NCBI RefSeq assembly: GCF_006345805.1
Contig: NC_042998.1
Span: 94,426,001 to 94,490,000 of the forward strand
Source: Octopus sinensis
Taxonomy: Eukaryota
Length of the DNA: 64,000 nucleotides
Direction of reading: 5' to 3'
The translations under genes and the position numbers were made by a program. The notes beneath the pieces are model-generated. The model was not told where the DNA came from. It did not search any database and was given only the letters and a program-made list of their open reading frames with translations. Below, in pieces: positions 1 to 10,990 of this stretch (positions are counted from its first letter, which is position 1; each line of letters begins with the position of its first letter).

Positions 1-83
1 GCTAATAAACCACCCTTTTTAATTTGTTATATATATATATATATATGCATCAAATGAAATAAAAAACAGAACACAAAGGATGT

Positions 84-177
84 CGCAGTACATGTGTTTC
101 AAGCTTTATACAACAACCTATTTTTACATCAATGTATAATCGACATAACAGATGGTTTAAAGCTCTCTTCAGCCGCA
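84..177 (-). ncRNA. Minimal type-I hammerhead ribozyme motif (Penelope/retrozyme type)
   Basis: Minus strand reads UGCGG-CUGAAGA-GAGCUUUA-(49 nt loop)-UAAAGCUU-GAAA-CACAUG-UA-CUGCG. Both core boxes are intact; stem II is 8 bp, stem I is 5 bp (UGCGG/CUGCG), stem III is the near-palindrome ACACAUGU, and the cleavage triplet is GUA (cut between 89 and 88). Confidence 0.75.
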
Positions 178-254
178 TGCAATTGCTATACTACAGACTT
201 CCATCACATTATGAAATTATGAAAAAACCAAAAATGTACATTTTGTATTATCTA

Positions 255-383
255 TAATGGTGGGTATATATAAATATATATATATATAATCTGGCCAAAT
301 GTGAGATGGCTATCATCTGATAAGATGAAGTAATCATCATATATACATGTATTTTCGTTAATATATATGTGTGTGTGTATGTT

Positions 384-437
<54 letters not shown>

Positions 438-448
438 TATATATATAC

Positions 449-479
<31 letters not shown>

Positions 480-483
480 TCTA

Positions 484-520
<37 letters not shown>
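255..520. repeat. Compound (TA)n/(CA)n microsatellite
   Basis: Directly visible dinucleotide runs; these generate the IY/YI-repeat ORFs in the track. Confidence 0.95.
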
Positions 521-589
521 GGATGGATGGATAGATTGTTTGAAGTGGTGAGCAAATTCAATATATTAAGAAAAAGAAGGTAGTCAGAG

Positions 590-930
590 TTTTGGATAAT
601 TGTTTATTAGCACTTTCATTTCATTCATTTCCGAAACTCATCAGATATGATTTTTTACAGAAAATTTATGCCATTTTATGTAAATCTGAAAGAAAATGTT
701 CTTTTGTTATTTATATGTCTGTGAATATATAAATATATATGCATGGATATATATGTGCAGATGTCTTAGTGCATGTCTGCATGTGTGTGCAAGCATGTAT
801 GTGAAGTGAAGTTTTTGGAGGTTACCACATATAGATAACAAGAAACATTCTCTTCCAGATTTATATAAAATGGCATAAATTGTCTGTAAAAAAATCATAT
901 CTGATGAGTTTCATAAATAATTATCCAAAA
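590..930. repeat. Inverted-repeat (foldback) element with arms 590-718 and 827-930; probable Penelope-type terminal repeats
   Basis: The arms are reverse complements (ttttggataatt...tcatcagatatgattttttacag... versus ...ctgtaaaaaaatcatatctgatgag...aattatccaaaa). The left arm carries the hammerhead; the right arm lacks 25 nt of it. Confidence 0.75.
605..647 (-). ncRNA. Second minimal hammerhead ribozyme motif, weak stem I
   Basis: Minus strand reads UAU-CUGAUGA-GUUUC-GGAAAUGAAU-GAAAU-GAAA-GUGC-UA-AUA. Core is intact, stem II is 5 bp, AGUGCU is self-complementary with G-U pairs, triplet is CUA, stem I is only 3 bp. Confidence 0.5.
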
Positions 931-950
931 TTGTAACTACTTCCTTTTTT

Positions 951-987
<37 letters not shown>

Positions 988-1009
988 TGTATGCATTTTT
1001 TCATGTTTG

Positions 1010-1197
1010 TGTTTTTCCCTCACTACTGCTTGTCAGCTAGTGTTAGTTTGTTTGCCTTTATAACTTAGCACTCCAACAAATGACACTAATAGAATAAGTA
1101 CCTGACTTAAAATTAAGCATTGGGTCCCTAAAGCCTTCAAGGATGTATCCCAGCATAGCCATAGTCCAATGACTTAAAAATTAAAAGATAAAGATAT
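1010..1197 (+). mobile_element. SINE family A, 3' half (decayed)
   Basis: Matches the 3' body of family A (taacttagc...gaataagtac...ccagcatagccatagtccaatgact). Confidence 0.65.
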
Positions 1198-1232
1198 AAC
1201 AATAATAGAATTAATAAAATACAATAACATAC

Positions 1233-1459
1233 ACTCTTTACTCTTACTCTATTAATTGTTTCAGTCATTTGACCTTGGCCATGCTAGAGCACCACCTTTA
1301 GTCAAAAAATCGACTCCAGGACTTATTCTTTGTAAGCCTAGTACTTATTCTATCGGTCTCTTTTGCCGAACTGCTAAGTTACAGGGATGTAAACACACCA
1401 GAATCGGTTGTCAGGCGATTTTGGGGGACAAATAAAGACACACAAACATATACACCCAC

Positions 1460-1490
<31 letters not shown>

Positions 1491-1669
1491 AATATATACG
1501 ACAGGCTTTTTTCAGTTTCCGTCTACCAAATCCACTCACAAGGCTTTGGTTAGCCTGAGGCTATAGTAGAAGACACTTGTCCAAGGTGCCATGCAGTGGG
1601 ACTGAACCCAGAACCATGTGGTTGGGCTCTTACTTGGCAAGCTATTTACCACACAGCCACTCCTGCACC
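1233..1669 (-). mobile_element. SINE family A, full length (tRNA-like head, CORE-like ccttgggcaagt block, internal microsatellite, AAGAGT tail)
   Basis: Reverse complement of the copies at 8776, 16016 and 21268 over the whole length. Confidence 0.9.
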
Positions 1670-2096
1670 TAATGATAAATGAATAAAATATAATTTGTTT
1701 TGAAAGTGAGAAAAAAATTTTTCATAAATTTTTGTTGGGAACTCTGTAGGACCTTGTTTTGATATAGCTAATGATTAATAAACATATTTATCTACCATTA
1801 TAAAATCCCTCTTTCTATGCTAAAGTATATCTGAGGGTAAAGAAATAAGGATTTTAGGGAGAGACTGACTATGCTAATGACCCATTCAATATTCTCATTA
1901 ACAACAACTATTGCAATTAAGCTAATGAGGGAATATATACATGGCTGCTTAACATGCTAGAAACAGCAAACAAGTTTCCCTATAAACATTTCTTATTCCT
2001 TCTTTTCATTTTTTCTTCAAAAAGGTGTCTTATTGGATTATATAGTCCTATACATATTTATATGTACTATCATCTTCATTATTTTAACATCCACTG

Positions 2097-2990
2097 TTCA
2101 GGGATGCTTAGAAATAGTTGATAGCTTACGTTCTCTGGGTGACCAAGTCAGCAGTAGAGGTGGATGCTCTAATGGTGTAAATGCTAGAATAAGAATAGGC
2201 TGAGCAAAGTTGAGAGAGCTTCTACTAGAGTGAAAGGCAGATTGTATGATGCTTGTGTGCAGACAGCCATGCTACATAGCAGTGAAAGATGGACTGTGAC
2301 TGCAGAGGACTGAAAGAAATGAAGCTAGTATGCTTTGCTGGATGTGCAAGGTTAGTGTGCATGTATGACAGAGTGTAAGCATCTTGAGAGAAAAATTGGA
2401 CATAGGAGGCATCAGGTGTGGTGTAGAAGAGAGACAACTGTACTGGTGAGGTCATGCGATGTGTATGGATGAGAACAGCTGGGTAAAGAAGTGCCGATCT
2501 CTAACTGTGGCGGGAACTCATGGTCAGCGTAGACCCAAGAAGACATGGGATGAGGTAGTGAAGCATGATCTTTAGATGTTGGTCTCATAGAGACAATGAC
2601 AAATGTGTGAGACCTTTGGCAGTTTGCTGTGCTTTAGAAGACTCATCAGGCCAAGTGAAATTGTAGCCATGGACATATAAAAGGCACCCATGTTAGTGGC
2701 ACATAAAAGACACCTGTGATGGTGACACATAAGAGGTTCCCATGCTCATGACACATAAAGGCACTTGTGCCGGCGACACATTAAAGGCACCTGTGTCAGT
2801 GACATGTAAAAGGCACCCACTATATTCTTGGAGTGGTTAGTATTAGTAAGGGCATCCAGCTGTAGAAACCTAGCCAAAATCAAACTGGAACCTGGTACAG
2901 CTCTCTAGTTTACCAGTTCCAGTTAAATTGTCTAACCAATGCCAGCATGGAAAGTGGATGCTAAATGATAATGATGATGATAATGATGAC
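2097..2990 (+). mobile_element. RTE-clade LINE, 5'-truncated and degenerate
   Basis: Decayed nucleotide homolog of the C-terminal part of ORF 54721-55863 (LEIVDS..LGDQVSS through PKKTWDEVVKHDL), followed by a 3' UTR with tandem ggcacataaaaggcacc units and a (GAT)n tail. Confidence 0.9.
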
Positions 2991-3011
2991 ATATATATAT
3001 ATACATATATA

Positions 3012-3150
3012 TATCATCATCATCATTTAACGTCCATTGTCCATGCTGGTATGAGTTGGACGGTTTGATGGGCTGGCATGCTGGAAGGCAGCACCAGACT
3101 CCAGTCTGATTTGGCATGGTTTTCTATGGCTGACCACTCCAAGAGTGTAA
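3012..3150 (-). mobile_element. RTE LINE 3'-end fragment
   Basis: (TCA)n tail plus tttaacgtcc...ccatgctgg...ttggacggtttga, the reverse complement of the RTE 3' terminus. Confidence 0.8.
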
Positions 3151-3164
3151 TACATACTGTGTAT

Positions 3165-3368
<204 letters not shown>

Positions 3369-3663
3369 GTATCGCTAACACATTTCTTTTACACTTGTAT
3401 TGAATACATGTTTACATTCTGGTTGAATATTATTTTTACTATTTTTCATTTGAATTCCTTGTAGTTTGTTTGCAACAACAAGATTCCTAAATCCATCATC
3501 TACAGTTAGAAAATCTGAAACATAAAAGAAAAAAATCTTATATACAATAATCTGCAAGTCTTACACCAAAATGAATGTATTATAAATATATACCTAGACA
3601 ACTATAAAGGAATACTCTACATGATGCTTAAGCTTTATATGATTTTTAAAAAAATCATTGACA

Positions 3664-4311
3664 TCACATCATAATATGTAAAAGTGACAAAAGTCATATG
3701 TACAATTTCATGGATAAAAATGTTTACATAATAAAAATTAACAGTTTATTTAATGATCTGATATTCATTCTGAGACATAGTACCATGCAATTGAAAGTCT
3801 AATTGAACAAACTAATTAGAACCATAAACACATAAATAAGAGCCCCTTATTTCCCTGGCACTGAAAGAGGATTCACCCCAGCACATGTCTATTGAATATT
3901 AAAAATAAAAGAATATTTCTCCTGCATTGAAGAATTCACCCCTGTATATATTTGCAGGGCAGTAAAAATACTCAAAGGAAACAGACCTCACATCATAATA
4001 TGTAAAAGTGACAAAAGTCATATGTACAATTTCATGGATAAAAATGTTTACATAATAAAAATTAACAGTTTATTTAATGATCTGATATTCATTCTGAGAC
4101 ATAGTACCATGCAATTGAAAGTCTAATTGAACAAACTAATTAGAACCATAAACACATAAATAAGAGCCCCTTATTTCCCTGGCACTGAAAGAGGATTCAC
4201 CCCAGCACATGTCTATTGAATATTAAAAATAAAAGAATATTTCTCCTGCATTGAAGAATTCACCCCTGTATATATTTGCAGGGCAGTAAAAATACTCAAA
4301 GGAAACAGACC
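3664..4311. repeat. 324-bp tandem duplication (3664-3987 and 3988-4311), apparently identical
   Basis: Both units read tcacatcataatatgtaaaag...caaaggaaacagacc with no difference seen by eye; TC microhomology at the junction. Confidence 0.95.
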
Positions 4312-4574
4312 TCTTTCAACTAATATTATCTCAAATAAAAGCAACAATACACCAGATTGCTGAATGATTAGGTAACATTATTAAACAAAACACTCTGGAC
4401 AGATAGAGTATAAAGTCACCCAAAGAATTTCTAGAGATCTTAGAAGAAATCTATCAAGTAGGCAACATCTCTACCTTAGATATGAAATATTTGTTTACCA
4501 TCATTGCAATAGCTGAAACAATAGAAACCATATTAAATAATGTATACAAATACCCTTAATGCCAGCCACAATAC
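4255..4574 (+). pseudogene. Penelope-like element reverse transcriptase, 5' part (interrupted by the gypsy element)
   Basis: Hand translation gives EFTPVYICRAVKILKGNRPL... and KSPKEFLEILEEIYQVGNISTLDMKYLFTIIAIAETIETILNNVYKYP, matching PLE RT motifs (GxxKxHKxxxPLRPIIS; SLDVxSLFTNVP). Confidence 0.7.
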
Positions 4575-4837
4575 TGTTATATCCTTATGAATAAATGAAT
4601 ACACTACAACAGTGGAATAACAACATGACTGAAACAAATGGCAGTAGCCACAAGGAACATAACAACAATCTTTTAAGAACCTACAATCCAGCATGCTAAT
4701 TCGAATTGTAAATTTTGAACTCCAACTATCAACACAAACTGTGGAACTAGCATAAACTACTCACTTACTCAGACCGCTACTCTTTATATTTAGTGGTCCA
4801 GTTCATTCTTGCCAGGGGTGTCATCTCTTGCACAACA
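4575..4837 (-). repeat. 3' LTR of the gypsy element
   Basis: Homologous to 7403-7675 throughout (ccttatgaataa, ttttaagaac, gtggaactagcataaact, agaccgctact). Confidence 0.9.
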
Positions 4838-4897
4838 TCTTCCCTTTTGAGATTTCATATTCCAAAGGAATAAAGAAATTTTTTATTTATACATACA

Positions 4898-4965
<68 letters not shown>

Positions 4966-5129
4966 TATCTCTTTTGCTTGGGCATTATCTCAAGGTGTTC
5001 AATCTGTTTTACCAGCAGGGCTTTGGCTGTGAGTGCACAATATTAGCACATTCTCACCAAGTTTTCAATATCTCAGTCCATTGACAACCAATAGACATAA
5101 CTCCTCATCAGAGTCTTCATAATTGCCAT

Positions 5130-6444
5130 TCATAGATGTCCACTGTGAAATTGTTGCAATGCACCTTTTTGTAATGTAGTTGAAACCACCACTCTTTGGG
5201 CATACATCAGAATATCATCATAAATTGAAAAACTACTGGTGTCTGAATTTTTATTCTGTTTATTTTTGAAAGCTTCTTTTATTTTTGTAATATACTCATC
5301 ACCTACACCTTTCATTCTTATATCCTGTGCAGTCACTGGTAGTTCTTAGATAATGTTCATCGTAACACTTTTATTTTCTTTAACACAGCTTTTATATGTT
5401 CCACATGCTGTTTAAAAGAAATACTCTTGATCAAAATATTATCCAAGTAGAGGATTGCAAATTCACAATCAGATAACATAGAATCCATGATTTGCTGGAT
5501 TATTGCTGGTGCCACATGTAATCCATAAGGTAATTGTGTGTATCTGTGCAATCCTCTATATGTACTTACTGTCAAATACTTTGATCATTTTTCATTTACT
5601 TTTATCTGTAGATAGGCTGCAGACAGATCTAATATGGAAAAAATTTTTCCACCCTTTAACTTTGATAAAATGTCCTCTGTAGTCAGGAGTGGATGATGGT
5701 ATGTTTTTAAGCAGTTGTTCAATCCTGAAGAGAAATCAGCACACAGGCTAATCTTATTGTTATTTTTTTTGATACATACCGTGGCTGCCACCCACTTCGA
5801 GTAATCCACCTTTTTGATGACTCCACTTTTTACAAGTCTGTCCAACTCTTCATTTACGGTTTCAATTGCCATGAACAGTACATTTCTGTTTGCTTTAAAT
5901 ACTGGTACAGCATTTTCACTTACTTGGAAGTAAGCTTCCGTCTTTCTACATAAATACCGGTACTGTATTTTCACTTACTTGGAAATAAGCTTCTGTCTTT
6001 CTACATAGAGCGAAATCCTCTGATAACACTTGCAGGAACATTTTTTCAAATTTTCCGAAGACTTGTTTTTAACAGCACAACCATTTATGTTATTGCAGTA
6101 AAGATTTATGGGGAGGTGCCATAAATCGAATAGTTCTAACCAATCTGTGCCAAACAGATTGATTGTATTATTCACAATGAATAATTTTGCTTCACATGTC
6201 TCTCCTCAAAATGTGACGTCGATACATTTTGCCCATGTAATGTAATTTATGACCTGTTCGTTACACCACACACTAATTTTGCTGTTTTACATAACCTCAG
6301 TTTACCAATTTTTTTCCAAGTATCCACATTTATAGTAGAGATGTCACTACCTGTGTCTAACTGTAATTTGGTATTTGCATCATTTATTTTTATGCACATG
6401 AATTTTATTGTTTTTCTGTCACAATCGCTCTCTGCTGAAAACAC
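5130..6444 (-). pseudogene. pol: Gypsy pol remnant: aspartic protease, RT, start of integrase zinc-binding domain
   Basis: LQLDTGSDIS (protease DTG); LCADFSSGLN, FSILDLSAAYLQI, YTQLPYGL..APAIIQQIMD, YLDNILI (RT with YxDD decayed); RVVV..TLQKGALQQFHSGH (integrase H2C2 start). RNase H and the integrase core are missing. Confidence 0.88.
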
Positions 6445-6480
6445 ATTAGAACTTTCTGTGTTTGAGCCTCATAATCTTGT

Positions 6481-7212
6481 TCTACTATGAGAACTCCTGT
6501 GTCCCAGCTTCTGACAACTATAGCACTTTTTATCTTTAAATGGACAATCCTCTTTGTAGTGTAGGCCTCCACAACTATAACACGGATTGAGGCCAGACAC
6601 TTTTTTTAAATTGTACTTCCTAGGATGACACATTTGAATTTTCGCAAAGTCTTTCTCTTGTATTTTTTCACATCATATTTAAGATTTACCATAGTCTGAC
6701 ATTCTTCCCCAATAGTCTGTAGAGATAAATCCTACTTCAAGAGAATCCTTGCCTGAATTTCTCTATCTTCAGGTGCTATAAGTCCTTGAATGAAGATAAG
6801 TGATTTGAACATATCCTGAGTGCGATCCTGGAATTTGAAATTTTCACACATATGGCTGATTACTCCACCATAGGTGATAAAATCATCCTCATTTTTTGTT
6901 AAGTTCCAACACTCCATTCTGGTGTTGAATAATGAGCTCCTATCACCAAAACCTTTTTGTAAGTCGTTCCACAGTTTCTTGGAAACCAATCTCATTTGAC
7001 TTTTTGGGCAGAATAAAGTTACAATAATGCTCATGCTTGGCAGGAGCTACCTTGCATAGTAAAAGCCTTGCTTTCTGCTCCTCCAACCATGACTTGTACT
7101 TTTTCTTAAAAATTTTCTCATATCTTCTATAATACATGGGATACATAATACCTTCCTCCAGATTATACGTAAATTCAGAAATTACATTAGCCACACTGTC
7201 TGGCATGAACAA
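6481..7212 (-). pseudogene. gag: Gypsy gag remnant with two zinc knuckles
   Basis: ORFs 6943-7212 and 6732-7034 are gag-like; hand translation of 6481-6600 gives CYSCGGLHYKEDCPFKDKKCYSCQKLGHRSSHS, a tandem knuckle typical of Mag-clade elements. Confidence 0.8.
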
Positions 7213-7402
7213 GCTTACTGGATTTTCGGACTTCGTAGACTATCAATTAATCATTGTTGTTGTTGTTGTAGCATTTATTTTTGCAACTCCTGTAGTTGTT
7301 CCTGTTGCTTCTCTTGAAGCTGTACTACTGTAGCTAATAGGTTTTCCATCACACAGAACTAGTCATAACCAATATGAGTTTTGAACGATTCTCGACGCTA
7401 GA

Positions 7403-7675
7403 TGTTATGTCCTTATGAATAAGCGAATACACTGCAACAGTGTAATAACAATATGATCAAAACAAACAGCACTAACTATGTGGAATGTAACAATAATCTT
7501 TTAAGAACCAACAATCCAACATGCTAACTTGACTGTAAACTTTGAACTCCAACTTTGAACTATCAACACACAAACTGTGGAACTAGCATAAACTGCTCAC
7601 TTACTTAGACCGCTACTATTTATATATAGTGGTTCAGTCCATTCTTGTCAGAGGGTGTTGTGCTTTTGCACAGTA
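7403..7675 (-). repeat. 5' LTR of the gypsy element
   Basis: Homologous to 4575-4837; followed by the TSD AATAC. Confidence 0.9.
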
Positions 7676-8200
7676 AATACTGAAGAAATTATTTGTTTAC
7701 TATACATAGGAAAACAAATTATATAAGCAAATATATGTAGTAGCCATGGGATCACCTTTAAGGCCTAGATTTGCAGTATTCTATGAGATGACAATAGAAA
7801 TTATGATAGTACCAAGACATGAACATTAGCTTGCAATATACACCAAATATGTGCATAATATACTTAGTATAATGGTCATACTGGAAATGCCAAGAAATTT
7901 AAAGATGACCTCAAAGCCAACAAAAGTTTGATATCCAAATCTATACAAGTATATAGATTGTAATGCTATGACACCATTTTAGATATAAACATTCAGACTG
8001 AAAACAGCAGACACATCACATCCATTTACACCAAGGACATACACAAAAACAAAAAAGATGCATATACTTAGATGAAAATAGTTTATTTCCACACAGACAC
8101 ATGTCATATATGAATATCTATTTTATGAATACATTAACACAAAATGCATTACACGAAACCATAAATTAACACTAATAATAATAATATACAACAAACAAAC
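7676..8200 (+). pseudogene. Penelope-like element reverse transcriptase, 3' part
   Basis: Hand translation gives KLYKQIYVVAMGSPLRPRFAVFY, IYTKYVHNIL (decayed YxRYVDD) and LDINIQTENSRHITSIYTK, in register with the part before the LTR. Confidence 0.75.
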
Positions 8201-8389
8201 ACTAAAACTAAAAACACTTTTATCAAAAGCAAACTGTACTCATGTAAATGTACTAATAAGCTCCAGCTACTAATGACTGATGTGATTTTAAAATTTCGAT
8301 TGCAAACATTAGTTCTGTAAAGTTAATAACCAACTGTTATATTGGCCATACACTTTCCTGCTGGCTTATATTGCACTTATAACTCTTTC

Positions 8390-8540
8390 TATTTTGAGGG
8401 GAGGGAAACCTGATTATGTCAACCCCAGTGCTCAACTGGTATTAATTTTATAAGCCCCTGAAAGATGTAAGGCAAAAATCAAGAGCAGGAAGAAATGAAA
8501 TGCTACTGTTTTGTCTGGCATAGTAACAATTCTGCCCATT
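8390..8540 (-). mobile_element. SINE family B fragment
   Basis: gtcaaccccagtgctcaactggta...gaaagatgtaaggcaaa matches the reverse complement of family B. Confidence 0.65.
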
Positions 8541-8775
8541 CACAGCCTTTTCAATGCAGTTGCAATGAGAAAAAAATTGCAGCCATTGCACCACTTGACA
8601 GCAAACAAAAACTAAACAGGAAAACAGTCGTGGACAGCACATCTATACTCTGTGAAGTTCTACACAAAAATAGATAAATAGATGATCAATGGTGGAAACA
8701 ATATAGCAAAGGACATCACTAAAATAAACACCCAGATTATATACACCTTACTGATGATCTTACCAAAGAAAAGTG

Positions 8776-9157
8776 AGGTGCAGGAGTGGCCATGACATAA
8801 GTAGCTTGCTTACCAGCCACATGGTTCTAGGTTCAGTCCCACTGCATGGCACTTTGAGCAAGTGTCTTCTATTATATCCTCAGGCCAATCAACGCCCTGT
8901 GAGTAGATTTGGTAGACAGAAACTGAAAGAAGCCCGTCGTACATGTGTGTGTATATGCGTCTGTTCTCCTACTATCACTTGACAACAAATGCTGGTGTGT
9001 TTATGTACACGTAACTTAGTGGTTCAGCAAAAGAGACCGATAGAATAAGTACTAGGCTTACAAAGAATAAGTCCTGGAGTTGGTTTGTTAAACTAAAGGT
9101 AGTGCTCCAGCATGGCCACAGTAAAATGAGTGAAATAAATAAAAGAGTAAAAGAGTA
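8776..9157 (+). mobile_element. SINE family A, full length
   Basis: gcaggagtggc...ggttcagtcccactgc...gaataagtactaggcttacaaagaataagtcctgg...aaaagagtaaaagagt. Confidence 0.9.
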
Positions 9158-9464
9158 AACCAATCAAATTTCAATATCATGTACACCAATCACTTTAGCC
9201 CTGCTTACTACAAAGAGGTACCAACATATAGTAACATCGTTTATTCTGAACATGATACAATAAAAGCTCAGAAACATTTCTGAGTGATTCAGGAACTTCG
9301 CTGTTCCAAACTGCAAGGAACTTATATGAAAATATACAGAACCTTGTTAAAAACAATAAAAGAAATACTAGGGCATAGTCATAGATTCAGTACAAAGTAT
9401 ACACAGATGTGTGTGTGTGTGTATATAATGTATCTATGGATATATGTTTATGTGTGTGTGTGTA

Positions 9465-9531
<67 letters not shown>

Positions 9532-9540
9532 ATCTATCTA

Positions 9541-9582
<42 letters not shown>

Positions 9583-9639
9583 GAGAGAGAGAGAGAGATA
9601 ACCAGCCCATTTATGAATACCCCTCATTCATTGGATAAT

Positions 9640-10179
9640 AAACCTTGCTTGTGAAGACATTGAGGTAAGTGAAATCAAAATCAAAATTACTGACGTGGCC
9701 GATGACAGCACTGCCTGATTGGCACTCATGCCAGTGGAAGTTGAAAGCACACCTCAGCGTGCTCGTTGCCAGGGCCACAGATTGGCTCCTGTGCCGGTGA
9801 CATGTGAAAAGCACCATTCGAGTGTGATCGTTGCCAGTGTCACTTTACTGGTGCATGTGCTGGTGGCATGTGAAAAACAACATTCAAGCATGATCGTTGC
9901 CAATGCCACCAGACTGGCCCCCGTTCAGGTAGCACGTATAAACACCTTTTGAGCATGATCGTTGCCAGAACTGCCTGACTGGCCCTCATGCTGGTGGCAT
10001 ATAAAAGCATCCACTACGCTCTCGGAGTGGTTGGCATTAGGAAGGGCATCCAGCTGTAGAAACTTTGCCAGATCAGACTGGAGCCTGGTGCAACCTTGTG
10101 GATCACCAGTCCTCAGTCAAACCGTCCAAACTATGCCAGCATGGAAAGCGAACATAAAACGATGATAGAGATGATGATG

Positions 10180-10180
<1 letters not shown>
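9640..10180 (+). mobile_element. RTE LINE 3' UTR fragment with expanded internal repeats
   Basis: Homologous to the reverse complement of 54134-54650 (gtgaagac..ttgagg.aagtga, gagtggttggc.ttaggaagggcatccagctgtagaaa); ends in a GAT-rich tail. Confidence 0.85.
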
Positions 10181-10224
<44 letters not shown>

Positions 10225-10782
10225 GCATGTGCATATTTAATTAAAGATTAAAAGAAAAAAAGCGAAGTTAGTTTTTGTTTTGTATTCTGTAAACAATAGC
10301 ATTATTTCTTATAGATTTCTAACAAATCAGTCACTTGTTCACTGTATTTACCATGGTGAAAGTAACAAGGGAGAGTTTGTGCAATTCTGGCAGAACAAAT
10401 ATTACAATGGGTTTTTGTCAGAAAACGTTGGCTTATTGGATTTCTTGTTGATGCTTATATGTTTTGCCAATATACATTGCTGAAAGATATACCACACACA
10501 CACACACACACAACAAACTTCTGGACAGTTTCCAGCAACCAATTTCAACCCAAGCTTACAATAGGAGACACATTCATCAAGGTGCTGCACACTTGGACCA
10601 AACTTGGGACCACATGGATGATAAGCGAACTTTTCTTTTGATTAAAGCATATGTAACATCCAAAATTTTATACAGCAATCCTTGTTTTTCACTGATTCAT
10701 TCATCACTGATCTGGGATAACACAGTATGCTCACTTGTAACACTTTTCACTTATCATGGATTAATCTCTGATAAGAAATGTC

Positions 10783-10990
10783 AGCAATCAAGCAAAGATT
10801 CTGCTTGGACTGTATAAACATGCTCCAGAGACCATCCACAATGATCAGAACAACTTGAAGCTTTGGAGCAAAACCTATTTTTCTCTTATGTCCTATGATT
10901 CATTTATCACTGACTCATTTAATGCAGTGTTTTTGGAGGATTTTTAGAACCAAATACTCATGATAAACAAGGAAATATGTGCTTCATTTA
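10783..10990 (+). pseudogene. Possible Mutator-like (MULE) transposase remnant
   Basis: Hand translation KHAPETIHNDQNNLKLWSKTYFSLMSYDSFITDSFNAVFLEDF* resembles the WSxAxFS...NxxESFNxxIxE segment of MULE transposases; recall-based similarity only. Confidence 0.3.

Larger units (their letters stand above)
4575..7675 (-). mobile_element. Ty3/gypsy (Mag-like) LTR retrotransposon, internally deleted and degenerate
   Basis: Two homologous LTRs (4575-4837, 7403-7675) beginning TGTTAT; 5-bp TSD AATAC (4570-4574, 7676-7680); PPT-like aaaagggaaga next to the 3' LTR; PBS-like tagcgtcgag after the 5' LTR; gag, protease, RT and integrase-zinc fragments in order on the minus strand. Confidence 0.92.

Noticed and set aside
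248-583. ORFs of alternating I/Y, H/T, C/V or S/L residues (also 3023-3381, 9409-9654, 13628-13972, 23453-24253, 27821-28230, 37338-37562)
   Set aside because: They are translations of dinucleotide and tetranucleotide microsatellites, which lack stop codons by construction.
901-920. CTGATGAG as a functional hammerhead (also CTGATGA/CTGAAGA hits near 8752, 15765, 27322, 32494, 45553)
   Set aside because: There is no stem II plus GAAA plus stem III arrangement; the copy at 901 has its core deleted.
2640-2830. CRISPR-like repeat-spacer array (also 9720-10020, 54290-54470)
   Set aside because: Units are degenerate with irregular spacing, lie inside an RTE 3' UTR in a eukaryotic context, and no cas genes are present.
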